63,989 nucleotides of DNA, filler included, from Sphaeroforma arctica JP610 (GCF_001186125.1; 4 parts of 2 records of this genome joined end to end with filler, not necessarily neighbours in it), one strand, 5' to 3'. Counted from the first letter of the whole stretch, positions 50,520-63,200 are shown. The notes: generated by a model from the sequence alone, not told the origin. Numbers and translations are program-made.

Positions 50520-51320
50520 GTGGACTCGTGGAGTGTGAGACTGTAGAATGTAGACTGTAGACTCGCGTGGAGTGTGGACTGTGGACTGTTGACTATGGAG
50601 TTGTTCTGTGTGGGATAAAAAACAATTAAAGTATAGGTCTACACTACACGATGAGAGTCAACACAAGTGATCACTACTCTGCTCTACTACTACTCTAGAG
50701 CAGTAGAGGGAGAGTAGTAGTAGGAACTGTAGATCAGTATGTAGAACTCTATACTCTGTAGTCGTCTGTAGAGTGTAGACTGTAAGTACTAAATATAAAA
50801 ATAGAGTGTAGACTCTACATTACTGTAGCGTGCCCTTACTGTAGACTGTAGACTGTAGACTGTAGACTGTAGTCTGTAGATAGTGTAGAGTGTCGACTGG
50901 AGAGTGTAAATACATAAGAGTGTAGACTATAGAGTGTAGACTGGAGAGTGTAGACTGGTGAGTGTAGACTTTAGAGCTAACCTCAAACCGGTTTCCGTTA
51001 ACACTTTTATAAATCGACTAAATATGCGGTTCTTTGGTATGCGGATGGGTGCACCTTGCGGGTCTAAATATTGAAATATAAATCCCGTTCTCACTATACA
51101 AACCAGTCCTGTAAAAGAAATTAGGTAAGCCCTTCTGACCACATTATAGCCGTTATCACGTTTTAAAATCGAAAAAATATGCGTTTACGTTCAACTTCTA
51201 TTCCGTACCCTCTTAACGTAATGAGCTTAGCTTTAGAGTGTAGAGTGTAGAGTGTAGACTGTAGACTGTAGAGTTTAGAGTTTAGACTATAGGGTGTAGT
51301 GTAGACTGTAGACTGTAAGG
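50520..51320. repeat. GTAGACT/GTAGAGT 7-bp stutter satellite
   Basis: Runs of gtagact/gtagagt/gtggact, interrupted by the MITE at 50977. Confidence 0.85.
50977..51230 (+). mobile_element. MITE, CTAACCTCA family, 8-bp TSD
   Basis: CTAACCTCA...TGAGcTTAG; perfect TSD CTTTAGAG at 50969-50976 and 51231-51238; shares cgtttacgtt subterminal motif with 41869-42194. Confidence 0.85.
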
Positions 51321-52149
51321 AGTAGTCAGTGAGAGAAGAATAGAACCAATATTTAGAACTTAAATATAGGTGATCGAACTAACGCCCGAAGGAGTACAGT
51401 AGCGTAGAAATTCTTAATATAAATAAATATTTATGTATTTAGACACACACTCTCTCAGTCTCTCTCTCTCGCTGCGAGAGTACATACTTTAAACCCTAAA
51501 ACTTCTCTAAATAAATAGTGCGAGAGAGAGAGAAGTAGGTAAATAGGGACACCGGAGTGAGAAAACTAGAAAGACCCAATGAGTCTCAAAATCTCAACTC
51601 TCAAGTCTCAAATCTCAAAGTATTTAGACCTAATCTGGTAAAAACCACTGTGTTGAGTCATAAGCTGAGGCGCTGAGCTGGTAAACCGTAAAGGACATGT
51701 CATTTGCCTTTGACGACGCGTCGCCGCAGGTCGTTTACATGTTTTTTAGGCGACATGACGCGACATCGGGGTCGCGACGTGTCTTTATATGATCGACTTA
51801 AGATTGAAGAAATTAGATCCCTCTGAATCATAAAAATCTGAAAATTTTGCCAATCATCATGGGACACGGGGCCTTACATCGATTACCAATAGGTGAACAT
51901 GAAAATTCTGATAATTGCCGACTATATGTATGACATTTGTCGGGTACGTATACTTATGCGACATACGACATATTTCATATGACAGGTCGCGCGAGGCGAC
52001 TTGTCGTGACCTCATACCAGCCCAGGCCATGAGTGAGTGTAACCACTAACCTATTAAAAAAACTACAATCCGTTTTTAAAATTTGTACAGAAAACAATTA
52101 AAAATAACCCAAATTGAAAGGAGTCCAACAGCAACTTGATATGTATTTT

Positions 52150-52850
52150 ATTAAAGAGAATCAGTTCACATATAAACCTCAAGATCGGCGGGGATTTACT
52201 ATAGAGGTTGACCCAAATGTATATTAACAAATACATTCCATTGATCATTAAATAGATCGAATTGTTCGTATTAACGAGTAATAAACACATACTTAATCTC
52301 ATCCCGATCGGGCTATTGGCTCAAAAGTTACAGAGAATTGGGTCAAACTAGCTAAACATGAGCACTATATAGGTCCGTTCACACCTATCAGACATCCTGG
52401 GAATCAAAGTATGTTGCTCCTATACTCTTTAGGATGATATATGTGTCCGTTCACAGCACCTCTGGACATTTCTTTCGAGTACTTCATTTCCTTCCTGGTA
52501 CAAATTATACCAGGAAGGAAACGAAGTACCCGATAGATATGTCCAGAGGTGCTGTGAACGGACACATATATCATCCCAAAGAGTATAGGAGCAACATACT
52601 TTGATTCCCAGGATGTCTGATAGGTGTGAACGGACCTATATAGTGCTCATGTTTGGCTAGTTTGACTCAACTCTGGTACAAACCAAAATCTCTGTAACTT
52701 TTTAACCAATAGCACGATCGAGATGAGATTAAGTTTGTGTTTATTATCCGTCAATGCGAACAATTTTTACTATTTAGTGGCCAATGGAATGTATTCGTTA
52801 ATATACATTTGGGGGTCTTGAGGTTTATATGTGAACTGATTTTCTCTAAT
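52150..52850. repeat. ~700-bp near-perfect palindrome (foldback element)
   Basis: Arms 52150-52500 and 52508-52850 are reverse complements around a 7-nt centre, e.g. ttccttcctggta|caaatta|taccaggaaggaa. Confidence 0.95.
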
Positions 52851-53304
52851 TATTTTTATACAAAACCGAAAAATGTAAACGCTTTTGTTCGATGTCTTTT
52901 TTTAGAAAAATAATAACCGGTACAGTTCAAAATTTGTGTCCAAAAGACTACAAACTGAAAGTCTGGGGAAAGAATAGAATCAAAGATTCAACGAAAACGG
53001 GCACCTAGTCACCTACTCCTCGTCACCTACGGCTACAGTCCTATGGAGCACAATACAGTCCTACACTTCTCGTGCTGCCCATATATTATTGAAAACTTTG
53101 AAACTCATCAAGCCGCCCAGGACTACGAATGTTTTTAAATCTATAGTAGTAGGGTAATCACGATATAAACACACGATATAAACATTGTCCGAAAAAAAAT
53201 AATTCACCGTTTATACGTTTTAGCGTAAACTCTGAACTCCTCCCTCTTTCTATTCTACTACCAGTACCCCCCAGACCTCCAGACTCCAGTCTCCACTCTC
53301 CCCA

Positions 53305-53382
53305 GTCTCCAGTCTCCACTCACCAGTGACCAGTCTCCACTCACCAGTGACCAGTCTCCACTCACCAGTGACCAGTCTCCAC
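53305..53382. repeat. 21-bp tandem repeat x3 (ccagtctccactcaccagtga)
   Basis: Direct reading of 53309-53382, about 650 bp upstream of the forkhead gene. Confidence 0.9.
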
Positions 53383-54024
53383 TTTCCCCACCCCCTCCTC
53401 CCAGTGTCTCAACTGAGGTATTTTGTTTTATCTAATTTCTTTTAAAACAAACAAGACGAGAGAGAGAGAGAGAGAACATTCAACATATTTCATTTTTGGT
53501 TTATAATTGTTTTTTAAAACAAAAACATATTATATTAGAAAAAATCATAAATAAAATAGATAGAAAGAAACAATTTTAATATTTATTTATTTTAATTAAA
53601 TCGAAAACTGAGACAAAAAATAGATAGAAATACCGGAGTATATTTCGCATAGAGAAAAAGACGATGTCGATAAGTTGATGAGCATATTTATTCACTTTTC
53701 AGAAAATATGAATCGAGTATCGAATTTGGTACCATATAGAGTATGTATGATCAGGTGTATAATTCAGAAGGCTATGATCAGGATTACTGATATATAATGT
53801 TCAAGATTGAATATTGTATAGAACTTTTAGAAGCAAAGATGCGTTCTATATTTACTCCAATGAAACTGCAATCTTTTTCCAACTTTTTTTCAAAAGTTTT
53901 CTTTTTTTCTTCTTTTTTTTTGTTTATTATTTGAAATTTCAAATGCCGTATATATGCATAGCTGCTCAGTGATATAGCGGGTCACTCTTAAAGCACCACA
54001 GTTAGCGTATTAGCACTATCTATC

Positions 54025-56175
54025 ATGAACACGGAAGAAAACGACACGGAGGCATGGATTCGAATGATAACATCTAAGCCAAACCAGAGTTGTACACTTG
54101 GTGGCGTTGGAGTGACCATGGCTAACAGCGACGCTTATAACAATGCACCCGGCGCATTGATGCCTGGGCACAATCAGCTTGTTGCAATCAACGAAAGTAG
54201 CGATACAGTTTTCAACGGTGAAGGCCACAGACGCAAGATCAGAAGAAACTCACTTCCTTCTAATAGCGTTCAATTTAGTCCGTACTGGAACGCTGGACGC
54301 TCACATCAGCCACTTCAGAATTTTATGCATGTACAAGCAGACGATACATTCGATAGGAGCATAGATGCGAACAATGAACTTGTGCAGCGTACGCGTTCAG
54401 GTACTATTCAGTCCTCGGAATCATACAGCTACTTCAATACTTTGAACCATCCCCCTGAATCACAAGCACTATCAAAAGGAGGTGCTCACCGGCAATCGAC
54501 AGGCCAACTTGCCAGCAACGGTAGAGCACCTGTACGGCAACAGTTCAGTGACTCGCAGCACTTGCACCAGCAACTTAGTGACTTCAAGAACAATCGCCAC
54601 ATACTAGGCATGAATAACGAAAACTATTTATGTTCGTATGTGGGTGATAATACTTTGATCGGCGGTGATATGGATTACTATAGTAATCTGCAGTCATACA
54701 ATTCGCAAAGAAATGGCTTCGTTGTGAACAGTGGTGGGTTTGAGCAACAAAATCAAAATGAGCTTAGCAAGCTGTTGAACTCGATGCCATATGCGAACGG
54801 GATGGACAGTAGAGCAGGCCTTTCACCCCAGATATTTGGTGCACAACAGCAAATACTAAACCATCAGCCACCAATGCCACAGGTTCCTGTACCACAGGTG
54901 GCTGAGAAACAGCCACATTCTTATGCTAGTCTCATCGGAATGGCGATTCTGAACTCTAAAGACCTTAGGGTTACCCTTTCAGAGATATACACCTGGATCA
55001 ACGAAAACTTTCCTTTCTTTAAGAAGGAAAAGAGCGGCAGTTGGCAGTCAAGCGTGCGGCATAATCTCACCTTTAATGAATCATTCGTGAAGAAGGTAGT
55101 CACGACTGCTGACGGAAAACGCAACTATTGGACAGTTGACCCAGAGAGTCGCCATTACTTTAGTGACCAAGGCGAGTACATTAGGCACCGGGGACGGCGG
55201 AACAAAGCGGCGGCTGCAAAAGACAAATCAGCGAAGGAGAAGACGGCGAAGGAAAAGAAAGTGAAAGCCAAAACTGGTACCAAAGTCGTTGTACTAGAAA
55301 AGAAAGCCAAGGGGGTGCATTTGGACGGAGATAAAACAGTTTTAAAATCACATATCATCAAATCAGTACATTCGGAGGTTGGAATTGATGAAGCTGTTCA
55401 GGTTAAAACAAAACAGAGCAGACTGCGGAAATCAATGGAACTCTCATTGCCTTATTCGGGGCTCTCTTCATTAGAGGAGCTTAGCACTTCGAAAGGGAAA
55501 CGCCATAGGGCGAACCCCGACCCGACTCCTACTGCGGTGGTGCGCACGCAGTCATTGGGCTCGATATCGAACTCTCAGCCCAGCACTGAATTTTCCGTAT
55601 TGCAGGGTAATGCACGGCTATCCATGTTGCAGGGGAAACCGGTGCTACCTACATTGTACAGTGGTTTACACCTCAATGACACTGCGCTGACAAGAATGCC
55701 AGGTAACAGATGCTCTATGCCACTAACAACGGAAGTGTCACAATCCGACCGACGAGCCTCCGCACCCGATGTACAAGAGCAACTTGTTTTTGATGACATG
55801 GTACAAGAATTGTCACTTGGGGAAAAGGGGTACGAGAATAGTTTTCCAATCACGCCAAACGTGGAATCCTTCGATATATCATCAGACACTCAAAGACAAG
55901 GTTCGGATGGACACCAGTCCCAGATGAAGCCAATGAATCCTGGAGAAGATCCAAACTATACATGGCTATCCACTATGTCGGCGTCGCAAAAGCAGGAGGT
56001 ACCCCTACTCAAGTATGAGCCACTGTCCATGAACCCCGAAGCGCAATCAGTCCATATGAACACCCCAACATCGAACTTGAACCCCCGACTAACACCGTCA
56101 CAGCAAGTAGGTGCCGTGGAGGGCGGGTTGGAACAGCTGTATCGAGATGCCAACGGCTTTTTGAATTCGTTGTGA
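54025..56175 (+). CDS. Forkhead (winged-helix) transcription factor, single exon, 716 aa
   Basis: Domain at ~54904-55146: EKQPHSYASLIGMAILNS..RVTLSEIYTWINENFPFF..WQSSVRHNLTFNESFVK..NYWTVDP. Followed by a basic NLS-like stretch; Q/N/S-rich flanks. Confidence 0.93.
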   Translation: MNTEENDTEAWIRMITSKPNQSCTLGGVGVTMANSDAYNNAPGALMPGHNQLVAINESSDTVFNGEGHRRKIRRNSLPSNSVQFSPYWNAGRSHQPLQNFMHVQADDTFDRSIDANNELVQRTRSGTIQSSESYSYFNTLNHPPESQALSKGGAHRQSTGQLASNGRAPVRQQFSDSQHLHQQLSDFKNNRHILGMNNENYLCSYVGDNTLIGGDMDYYSNLQSYNSQRNGFVVNSGGFEQQNQNELSKLLNSMPYANGMDSRAGLSPQIFGAQQQILNHQPPMPQVPVPQVAEKQPHSYASLIGMAILNSKDLRVTLSEIYTWINENFPFFKKEKSGSWQSSVRHNLTFNESFVKKVVTTADGKRNYWTVDPESRHYFSDQGEYIRHRGRRNKAAAAKDKSAKEKTAKEKKVKAKTGTKVVVLEKKAKGVHLDGDKTVLKSHIIKSVHSEVGIDEAVQVKTKQSRLRKSMELSLPYSGLSSLEELSTSKGKRHRANPDPTPTAVVRTQSLGSISNSQPSTEFSVLQGNARLSMLQGKPVLPTLYSGLHLNDTALTRMPGNRCSMPLTTEVSQSDRRASAPDVQEQLVFDDMVQELSLGEKGYENSFPITPNVESFDISSDTQRQGSDGHQSQMKPMNPGEDPNYTWLSTMSASQKQEVPLLKYEPLSMNPEAQSVHMNTPTSNLNPRLTPSQQVGAVEGGLEQLYRDANGFLNSL

Positions 56176-57230
56176 CCGATTTTTCAAGGGCATGGTCTCA
56201 ACCGGCATATGATTAAGCGCTCCTTCGCAAAGCTCGTCCGGATTGTGTATCCACCCGGACACCTTCCGTGGCGGTATGAGGGCGGAGTTGCTCTGCATAT
56301 TTAGTATGGAGTGGTCCTCTGTACCAAAATGTGGACATATTTAATTACATATCGACGTATGTGCTTTCATACAGATGTATGTTCATTATGCGGACCAGTA
56401 GGCGAAGGGTAGTTGTTCGATAGCTTGCGCAATCTGATCGAACCGGTGATGTATCAATCAACCCTAGAAGCAAACAGACCAACACATATGCTTGTGTTAT
56501 ATCGAACTTGGCTGACTAAATATTTCCATTGTAACACTGGTGGACTCGTGATATAGTTCACGACTGAGCATACTTCTGTATCAGTATTTCGATAGATATG
56601 TGCCCACTTCGATGCGATGCCCAGGTAAACTAAGTCCTGGAAAATCAATGCACTGAAATAAAACAACTCACTCTGAGATTAGTCAGTGTGTAGAACGTTA
56701 CAACATATTACGTCGACCAACCAGCAAATAGAGACCGAAAACGTTAAGTGTGAAATTACCCAGTGCAACTCCACTACTGAGTAGGTCCACCCAAGCAGAA
56801 ACATTCTAAGATTCAGAAGAAACTGGGTATGTCAAAATTTTGACTTATTGAAAGATCCTAGAAGATCAAACTTCGATGAAACCAGCCCAAACCATGAGCG
56901 TGAGGTACATGTGTACTGCAAAAGATAATAAACCATTGATGCTGAGGCAGTCGATAAGATTGTTGGGCGCAGTACAGTTCAACAGCAATCGCGATGAAGC
57001 CAGTCTACAAACCGCGACTAGAAGGGCACGGTACTTTGGTTAGAAACCAGAAGATTTATAAAATTTCGAGATGAGCATCGTGACCAACCCCAACCTGGCA
57101 CCTAATGGCTTCCAACAACAAACGATTGTAGTAAGACTCGACAAGCCAGAAGAAAGTAGCGTCACTTACGTTATACAGTGTGTATGATGTTGCTTTAATC
57201 CAGAAAAACGTTCACAATGTACTTCCGACT

Positions 57231-58374
57231 TCAATCTTTTGCTGTCTTCATTTGTGATGAATCCCTCATTGTGGAATTCCTTAAATGAAAGTCTTCGCAC
57301 TCGGACGCGCAGATGCCACGAAAAACTTCAAATCGATGATTTATGCTTCTGCAATTTAAACAGGATGGAAGAATTGCAAAAATATGCGAATGGATGAGCA
57401 AGATTCTCAGGATTTTGACCACGCAGTGTTTTCTGGGATCGCAAATAGGTCATGCAATACAAGACAAGCACGGCCTGTCACTATCAGGAGTGTCTCCTGT
57501 CAAGTGTGTATATAGAAATAGCGTAATAGCGTACATGCGTACATTACTTACTCTTGTAGATGCAGAGAATATCGTCCGCCGAGTCCACCTATATATTTAT
57601 CACTCACGCCATAGAAAACTCGTCGCACTCTCGAATGAACCAATGCCATTGCGCACATGATGCACGGTTCCTTTGTTATGTAAGCATCGTATCCAGTACA
57701 CAGATAGGGTTCGCCCGGCTTTGACCTTGTCATCCGTCCCGATTTCTCTACCTGTATTAATTGATAGACAATGATTGGCGGATGAACTTTAACTGTGAAA
57801 CACGGCCAAAAATACACGAAAAAAAATTGAAATGCGTGCAGACGAACACGAGGTATTGTAAAATCCGGCGATAGTACTTTAGACTGCCAATTGGCCCGCT
57901 GCCTGAGCCCGCAGGTATCCTTCAACAGGTGAAATACACCTAGCTACGACACACAAAAGTGATTTGAATACAAACCGTTGGAAACCTGACGATAAAAGTG
58001 CAGCGCAGCAACGTATTTACAACGATAAAGAAATATAGTTGCATCGAGGCCGCACACCTGTAAACCTTGATAACTGAGAGAACGCGTATTGCAGAAGTTA
58101 CCAACCATGTGGGCGCGATCAACTCATAGTGGGAATGAAAGCACAATGAGATATCGAATCCTAGTATATGTGCTCAAAAACAAACCAGTAGACAATAAGG
58201 AACATTTGCACACGTATTAATTCGCTGTTAAATGTGCCGCATATATAGATTCACTGGATATTTGTACTGTGGCACGTTGACTTGATCATTTCCCATCTAC
58301 TCACGTTGCACACAAGGCCAGACATGACGATCTCAAAATCAAATATATATATATATATATATAATATATATAGG

Positions 58375-58408
<34 letters not shown>

Positions 58409-58453
58409 TACATGTATATATATATATATATGNNNNNNNNNNNNNNNNNNNNA

Positions 58454-58489
<36 letters not shown>

Positions 58490-59630
58490 TATACTAAAGT
58501 AAATTCCCCTGTACACAGTGCAGATGTGAATACGGCATCTCGCATATTTAGCACAGTTAAGTTCAGTCTTTCTTGCCTGTGTCGGCAAATTTATACGACA
58601 CGAATACGCAACATTTGGAAGCGGATATTAGAACTTCAAATATCTCTCCTCTGCCTACGATATCGTTTACAAATTCATCATACCTGAGACCGCGCAATAT
58701 CATCGACAGCGACAAATACGGCATGCGCAAGAGGGTCGGACTCTGAGTCCCGCCCTGTTCCCACCACAGTATCCGTAACAGGATCAACTATCACGCACCC
58801 GGCACTCCTACATCTCAGCGGCCGCGATGGCCTCAGAACTGTATTCTTGTGCGTGGTACTACTCACAAATGCGTTCGATGTTATACTGGTTTTAGTGTGC
58901 GGAGAGGAGCTTGCTGTACCACTCGCATGTGTGATGGGCTCTGAATGATTTTCCTGCTCTGTCCGCCTGACGGCCCCACAATCTGTATCACTCTGTTTCG
59001 AATCCTCTACAACGGTACTATCTTGTAAATTTTCTTCGTCGCAAGCGCTCTCGACGGACTCAAATGCGACCTCACGATGTTCGAGAGTTTCGGACGATGC
59101 TGCTGTAAGAGCTTGTGTCATGTTACGTCGCATTATTTCGAAATCCGACAGTGCAAAACGCAGACCGAGTGATGCAGCAACCCTGTGGATACGTATATAA
59201 AAGTTGGGAGAGTAAATGCTTTGAAATATGAGCAGTCGAGTCACGTTGGGATTGTCAGAGTGAGGCGTAGTGAATGATTGGATGCCACTACTGGATTCGA
59301 AGTGCTACGGTAGAATACTGTATATATATAATAGTATATATATATATATGTATATATATATTTTAATAGTATATATATATATATATATATATAAGTGTAT
59401 ATATTCGTGTACACTTGTATTGGAAATTCAGCGGAATGCACTTTAATTCTACAGCATTATTGGTATTTTCCATGTCTGTCGTGGAAACAATTGAGACTGG
59501 CGCCGGAGGTGGTGTTTGTAAGCAAAGATTCGACCAATTGAAGACGCAATGTCAATATCGTTTTTTACTAAAGGCCAGAAGGTGTTTTGCACACAATACT
59601 GAAAGAAGCGCAGCATCTACAGTGCAGCTT
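57231..59630 (-). CDS. ADAT3: tRNA adenosine-34 deaminase non-catalytic subunit (Tad3), 5' incomplete
   Basis: Exons ~58684-59182 ([19 protein letters not shown]), ~57553-57751 ([36 protein letters not shown]) and ~57231-57350 (INHRFEVFR). HAV instead of HAE marks the Tad3 subunit. Upstream exons uncertain or in the gap. Confidence 0.88.
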
Positions 59631-59667
59631 GCAAAATAAAAAGCACGCACATACACACACATATGTC

Positions 59668-59716
<49 letters not shown>

Positions 59717-60234
59717 TACGTACGTACGNNNNNNNNNNNNNNNNNNNNNNNNNNNNNNNNNNNNNNNNNNNNTTAATTAATTAANNNNNNNNNNNNNNNN
59801 NNNNNNNNNNNNNNNNNNNNNNNNNNNNATACGTCTATTGCTTGAGCCCTACGGGCTAATAGTTTTTGCTTCGCGTCACTATTTCGGTATCCGCCTTTCA
59901 TACACCGACAGCTATGATTTATACGCTTTCTGTTTTTGTGGCGCACGCACATGAACGTTCAGTAGCTCTATTGCAAGTCCTTTTTTTTCGAGACAGGTGC
60001 ACGTCCTTCTTGGTGGCCTTTACAAACCGCAACGTTTCGCTGAGTTGAATTCGGTGATATTATATGCTGATCGTACGGCCGTTTACATGTAATTTCCTAT
60101 TATTAACCTGCTATGTCTGTGCGCTGTTGAATGATTGTGGTAGTCAGATTGTCGACCTTGCTATGCACCTTCTCAGTTATTATACATTTGCCACACCATG
60201 ACTAAGACTGATTTGCCGGTTTGTCGTTGCGCAG

Positions 60235-63200
60235 CGAATGGTGACGTCTATATCCCTAATGGACAAGGATGGCAAACACAATATACAGAACAGGAATTGG
60301 CACGGTATGCTGTAGTAACAAGTTTTTCCGGTTCGAGATAGGGATGGATGGAGATTCTAGATTGAGTGCGGCGGAGTGTGTTTATAGATCGGAGCGATGT
60401 GTGAAGTTTTGTATAATACATGGTGATGAACTGTACAGACCCAATGGAATATAGCAGTAGTATTGGGAGGGTCTTATTGTAGGGAGAAGTTTACGTTGCG
60501 TCTGTCTGACAAGATCAGTGCTTATAAGGATTGGCACTGATTCTAATCCGCTAATCCGTCTTACCATTGCGGTCAAGTGTTTTTCGTTGAGAGTCTGGCT
60601 CCCGCGAGAAGTGTAGCAGTCGCGGTGTGGAGTGGCTGTAGCTCAAGGGCGTGTTTAATACTTTTTCTGCAGTGCAAGCGATGGAAAAGGCTACTGACAG
60701 CACATTCATGAGGAATTACATGAAGAAGGACATGAAGCAGGCAATTCAGCACTTCTCAGCAAACTCGGCGAAGAAAGTGGCAGAGGTGTGTTTGCTGTCG
60801 CCGTCTCAGTCAACGCAATGCGTCAGCATGTAACGGTTTGATACTATCAGTGGCGAGCCACGTGGTGTGCACATCGCTATGTGTGTTGTCGTAAATGGGC
60901 GCGTTTTGGCAAAGCAGTTCAGACGGAATCGAAATATGTGCGATCGATAGACTCATGCTTTTCAGCTCGAGTTTTAACAACCGGGAACCTGCGACGCTTG
61001 GAATTTTGGTTGAATACTTCTACTTGTGCGATAGTCACGCTTGTAGCGGGTGCATTCTATATACTCACAGGTCCTTCTACGCCGCTACCATACAGCTGAA
61101 AGTTATGCAAGTGATCCCTTACCCGCTACAAGAGTCGGCGAGGAAAGAAGATGGTGAGGTATCCTTCTCGATGACCACATACGTCTGTCCTCTCCCTGAT
61201 GTGCCCTGTCCGCCTATTAAGGTTGCATCTACTGGTTATGGTTGTGTGCGTATATAATATAGTATCTTTGTAATGGCGCGTATATATTAATACGGTATCT
61301 TTGTAATGTCTCAATGATATATCTTTGAGGTTGTATCCGCTGGCAATTGTTGTGTGAGTATATTAACCTAACATCTTTGTGATGGCGTGAGTATATCAAT
61401 GTATTATATTTGAGGGTGTATCCGCTGGCTAAGGTTGTGTGAGTATATTAATATAATATCTTCGTAATGGCGTGAGTACAACATTGTATTATATTTGAGG
61501 GTGTATCCGCTGGCTAAGGTTGTGTGAGTATATTAATATAGTATCCTCGTATTGGCGTGAGTATATCAATGCTATATCATTGTATTGAGGACTGCGTGCG
61601 TTTGTGTACGTGGCACGGCAAGTATAAAATGCGGAGTGGAAGTGTGCACAAGTGTTGTGCCAGTCTATTCTTTTGCATACCGGGCCAGACAGAGTATTGT
61701 AACCCGTTTGTGTGGCTAACGTTTATTGACCGCATGCAGCCTCCGATTGCCGTTTTCAGATGGCTGTAACTGCAATTGTTCGGGCTTTCTTTCAATTCAA
61801 AGCCATTTGTCTTTCTGCTGAGCTCGGCTGCTCCTCCTGTTGAGTTCTACTGCTCCTTCTGCTGTGCGTGTAACCTACAGGTCCAGTGTGCTATCAAATC
61901 AAGAACGAATCCCAATGCCAAAGATTCGGCCTGGGTGCGAGAAAGGAAAGCACTCGACGATAACAAGCCAGACGATGTGGATGAAATACTGTTGTTGTCA
62001 AGCACGGGTGAGATATCGGAAGGTAAGTTCGGTTCGATTTTCGTGGTATGATAGAAAGTGGCGTGTCTTTTTGAAGAGCTGCTGTCACCTGTTTAACCAC
62101 GCACAGATGTAATAGTACTCTTTGCAGCCGCAGCCAGCAGAAAATATCTGCATTGTAATTGTACGCACGAGTGCCCCGCGGTTGAGTTATGCGTGTATCC
62201 GTGTAGGTTATCAGTGTTGATGTGAGGTCCCTTCCTCTTGCGGTGTAATGCAAGTCCTGTTAGATCGGATAGACTGTATTGTATTGTGTAGCTCAAAGTC
62301 GTTTTTAGTACGTAGTATTTCCGGATTGTCTACACTTTGTATGGCCAATCCGAACCAAAGTGTGCCACGCATCCACACCACAAGTCTCTGTGTAGTTATT
62401 GTTTTGGTAGCAATGCGCGTATAGGCACATTCCGATACCTGACCTGCATTCATCCCACACGCTGCCGCACGCTCTCATCTATCGCATATCCCCTCACAGG
62501 AATGAGTAGCAATTTCTTTTGCATGCACAAGGGTGAACTATTCACAGCCGACGGAGAGGATGTGCTTCGTGGGACTGTGCGGGCTTTGGTGCTACAGGTG
62601 GTTCAAATCGTTTCTGATTGCAGCAGAGCGTGTGCTGTAACAATCAATAGCGTTTGTTATCTGGGGCTGGTTACGTATTTATATATGTCCGTCTATATGC
62701 GCGTGTGGTGTTTATCTCATGCTACTCTATCCCATCGGCTGTGAAGCATGTATATATATGGTGTAGGTACTAGTTCCAGTACCCGGCATCACTACGGCGA
62801 TCTAGATTAGTTTGTATCATGCTCTGTATCTTTAATATAAACTATCTATCTCTTCGTATGTATATGCAGTTTAAGAGTGACTGTTGTGCTCATGTGTGTA
62901 TGTCATCTATCGCACGACGTCCCAAAGTAGAGCTTTTGTGTTCAAGCACGCTGTGCCAATTTTAAGCAGTCGTTGAAACATCACGCCCAGCACACAATTG
63001 CGATATGAATATCGGTTGCTGTGGGTTGGCTTCAGCAGTATGCATGTTAGGGTGAATACAGACGTGTTTAAGAGGCGAATCTCTCTCTAAAAGTGGTTAC
63101 TTTGGCCCTAGAGCAGAATAAATAAACCGTGACAGATTCAGATAGGGCATGTTATATGCAGGTGCATAACACTCGGCTCGGCTTTTGAAGGTATCGGTCT

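Noticed and set aside
60382..60576. Minus-strand ORF as the first exon of ADAT3
   Set aside because: Lies within an intron of the + strand aminotransferase (between exons 60235-60304 and 60672) and lacks Tad3 motifs.
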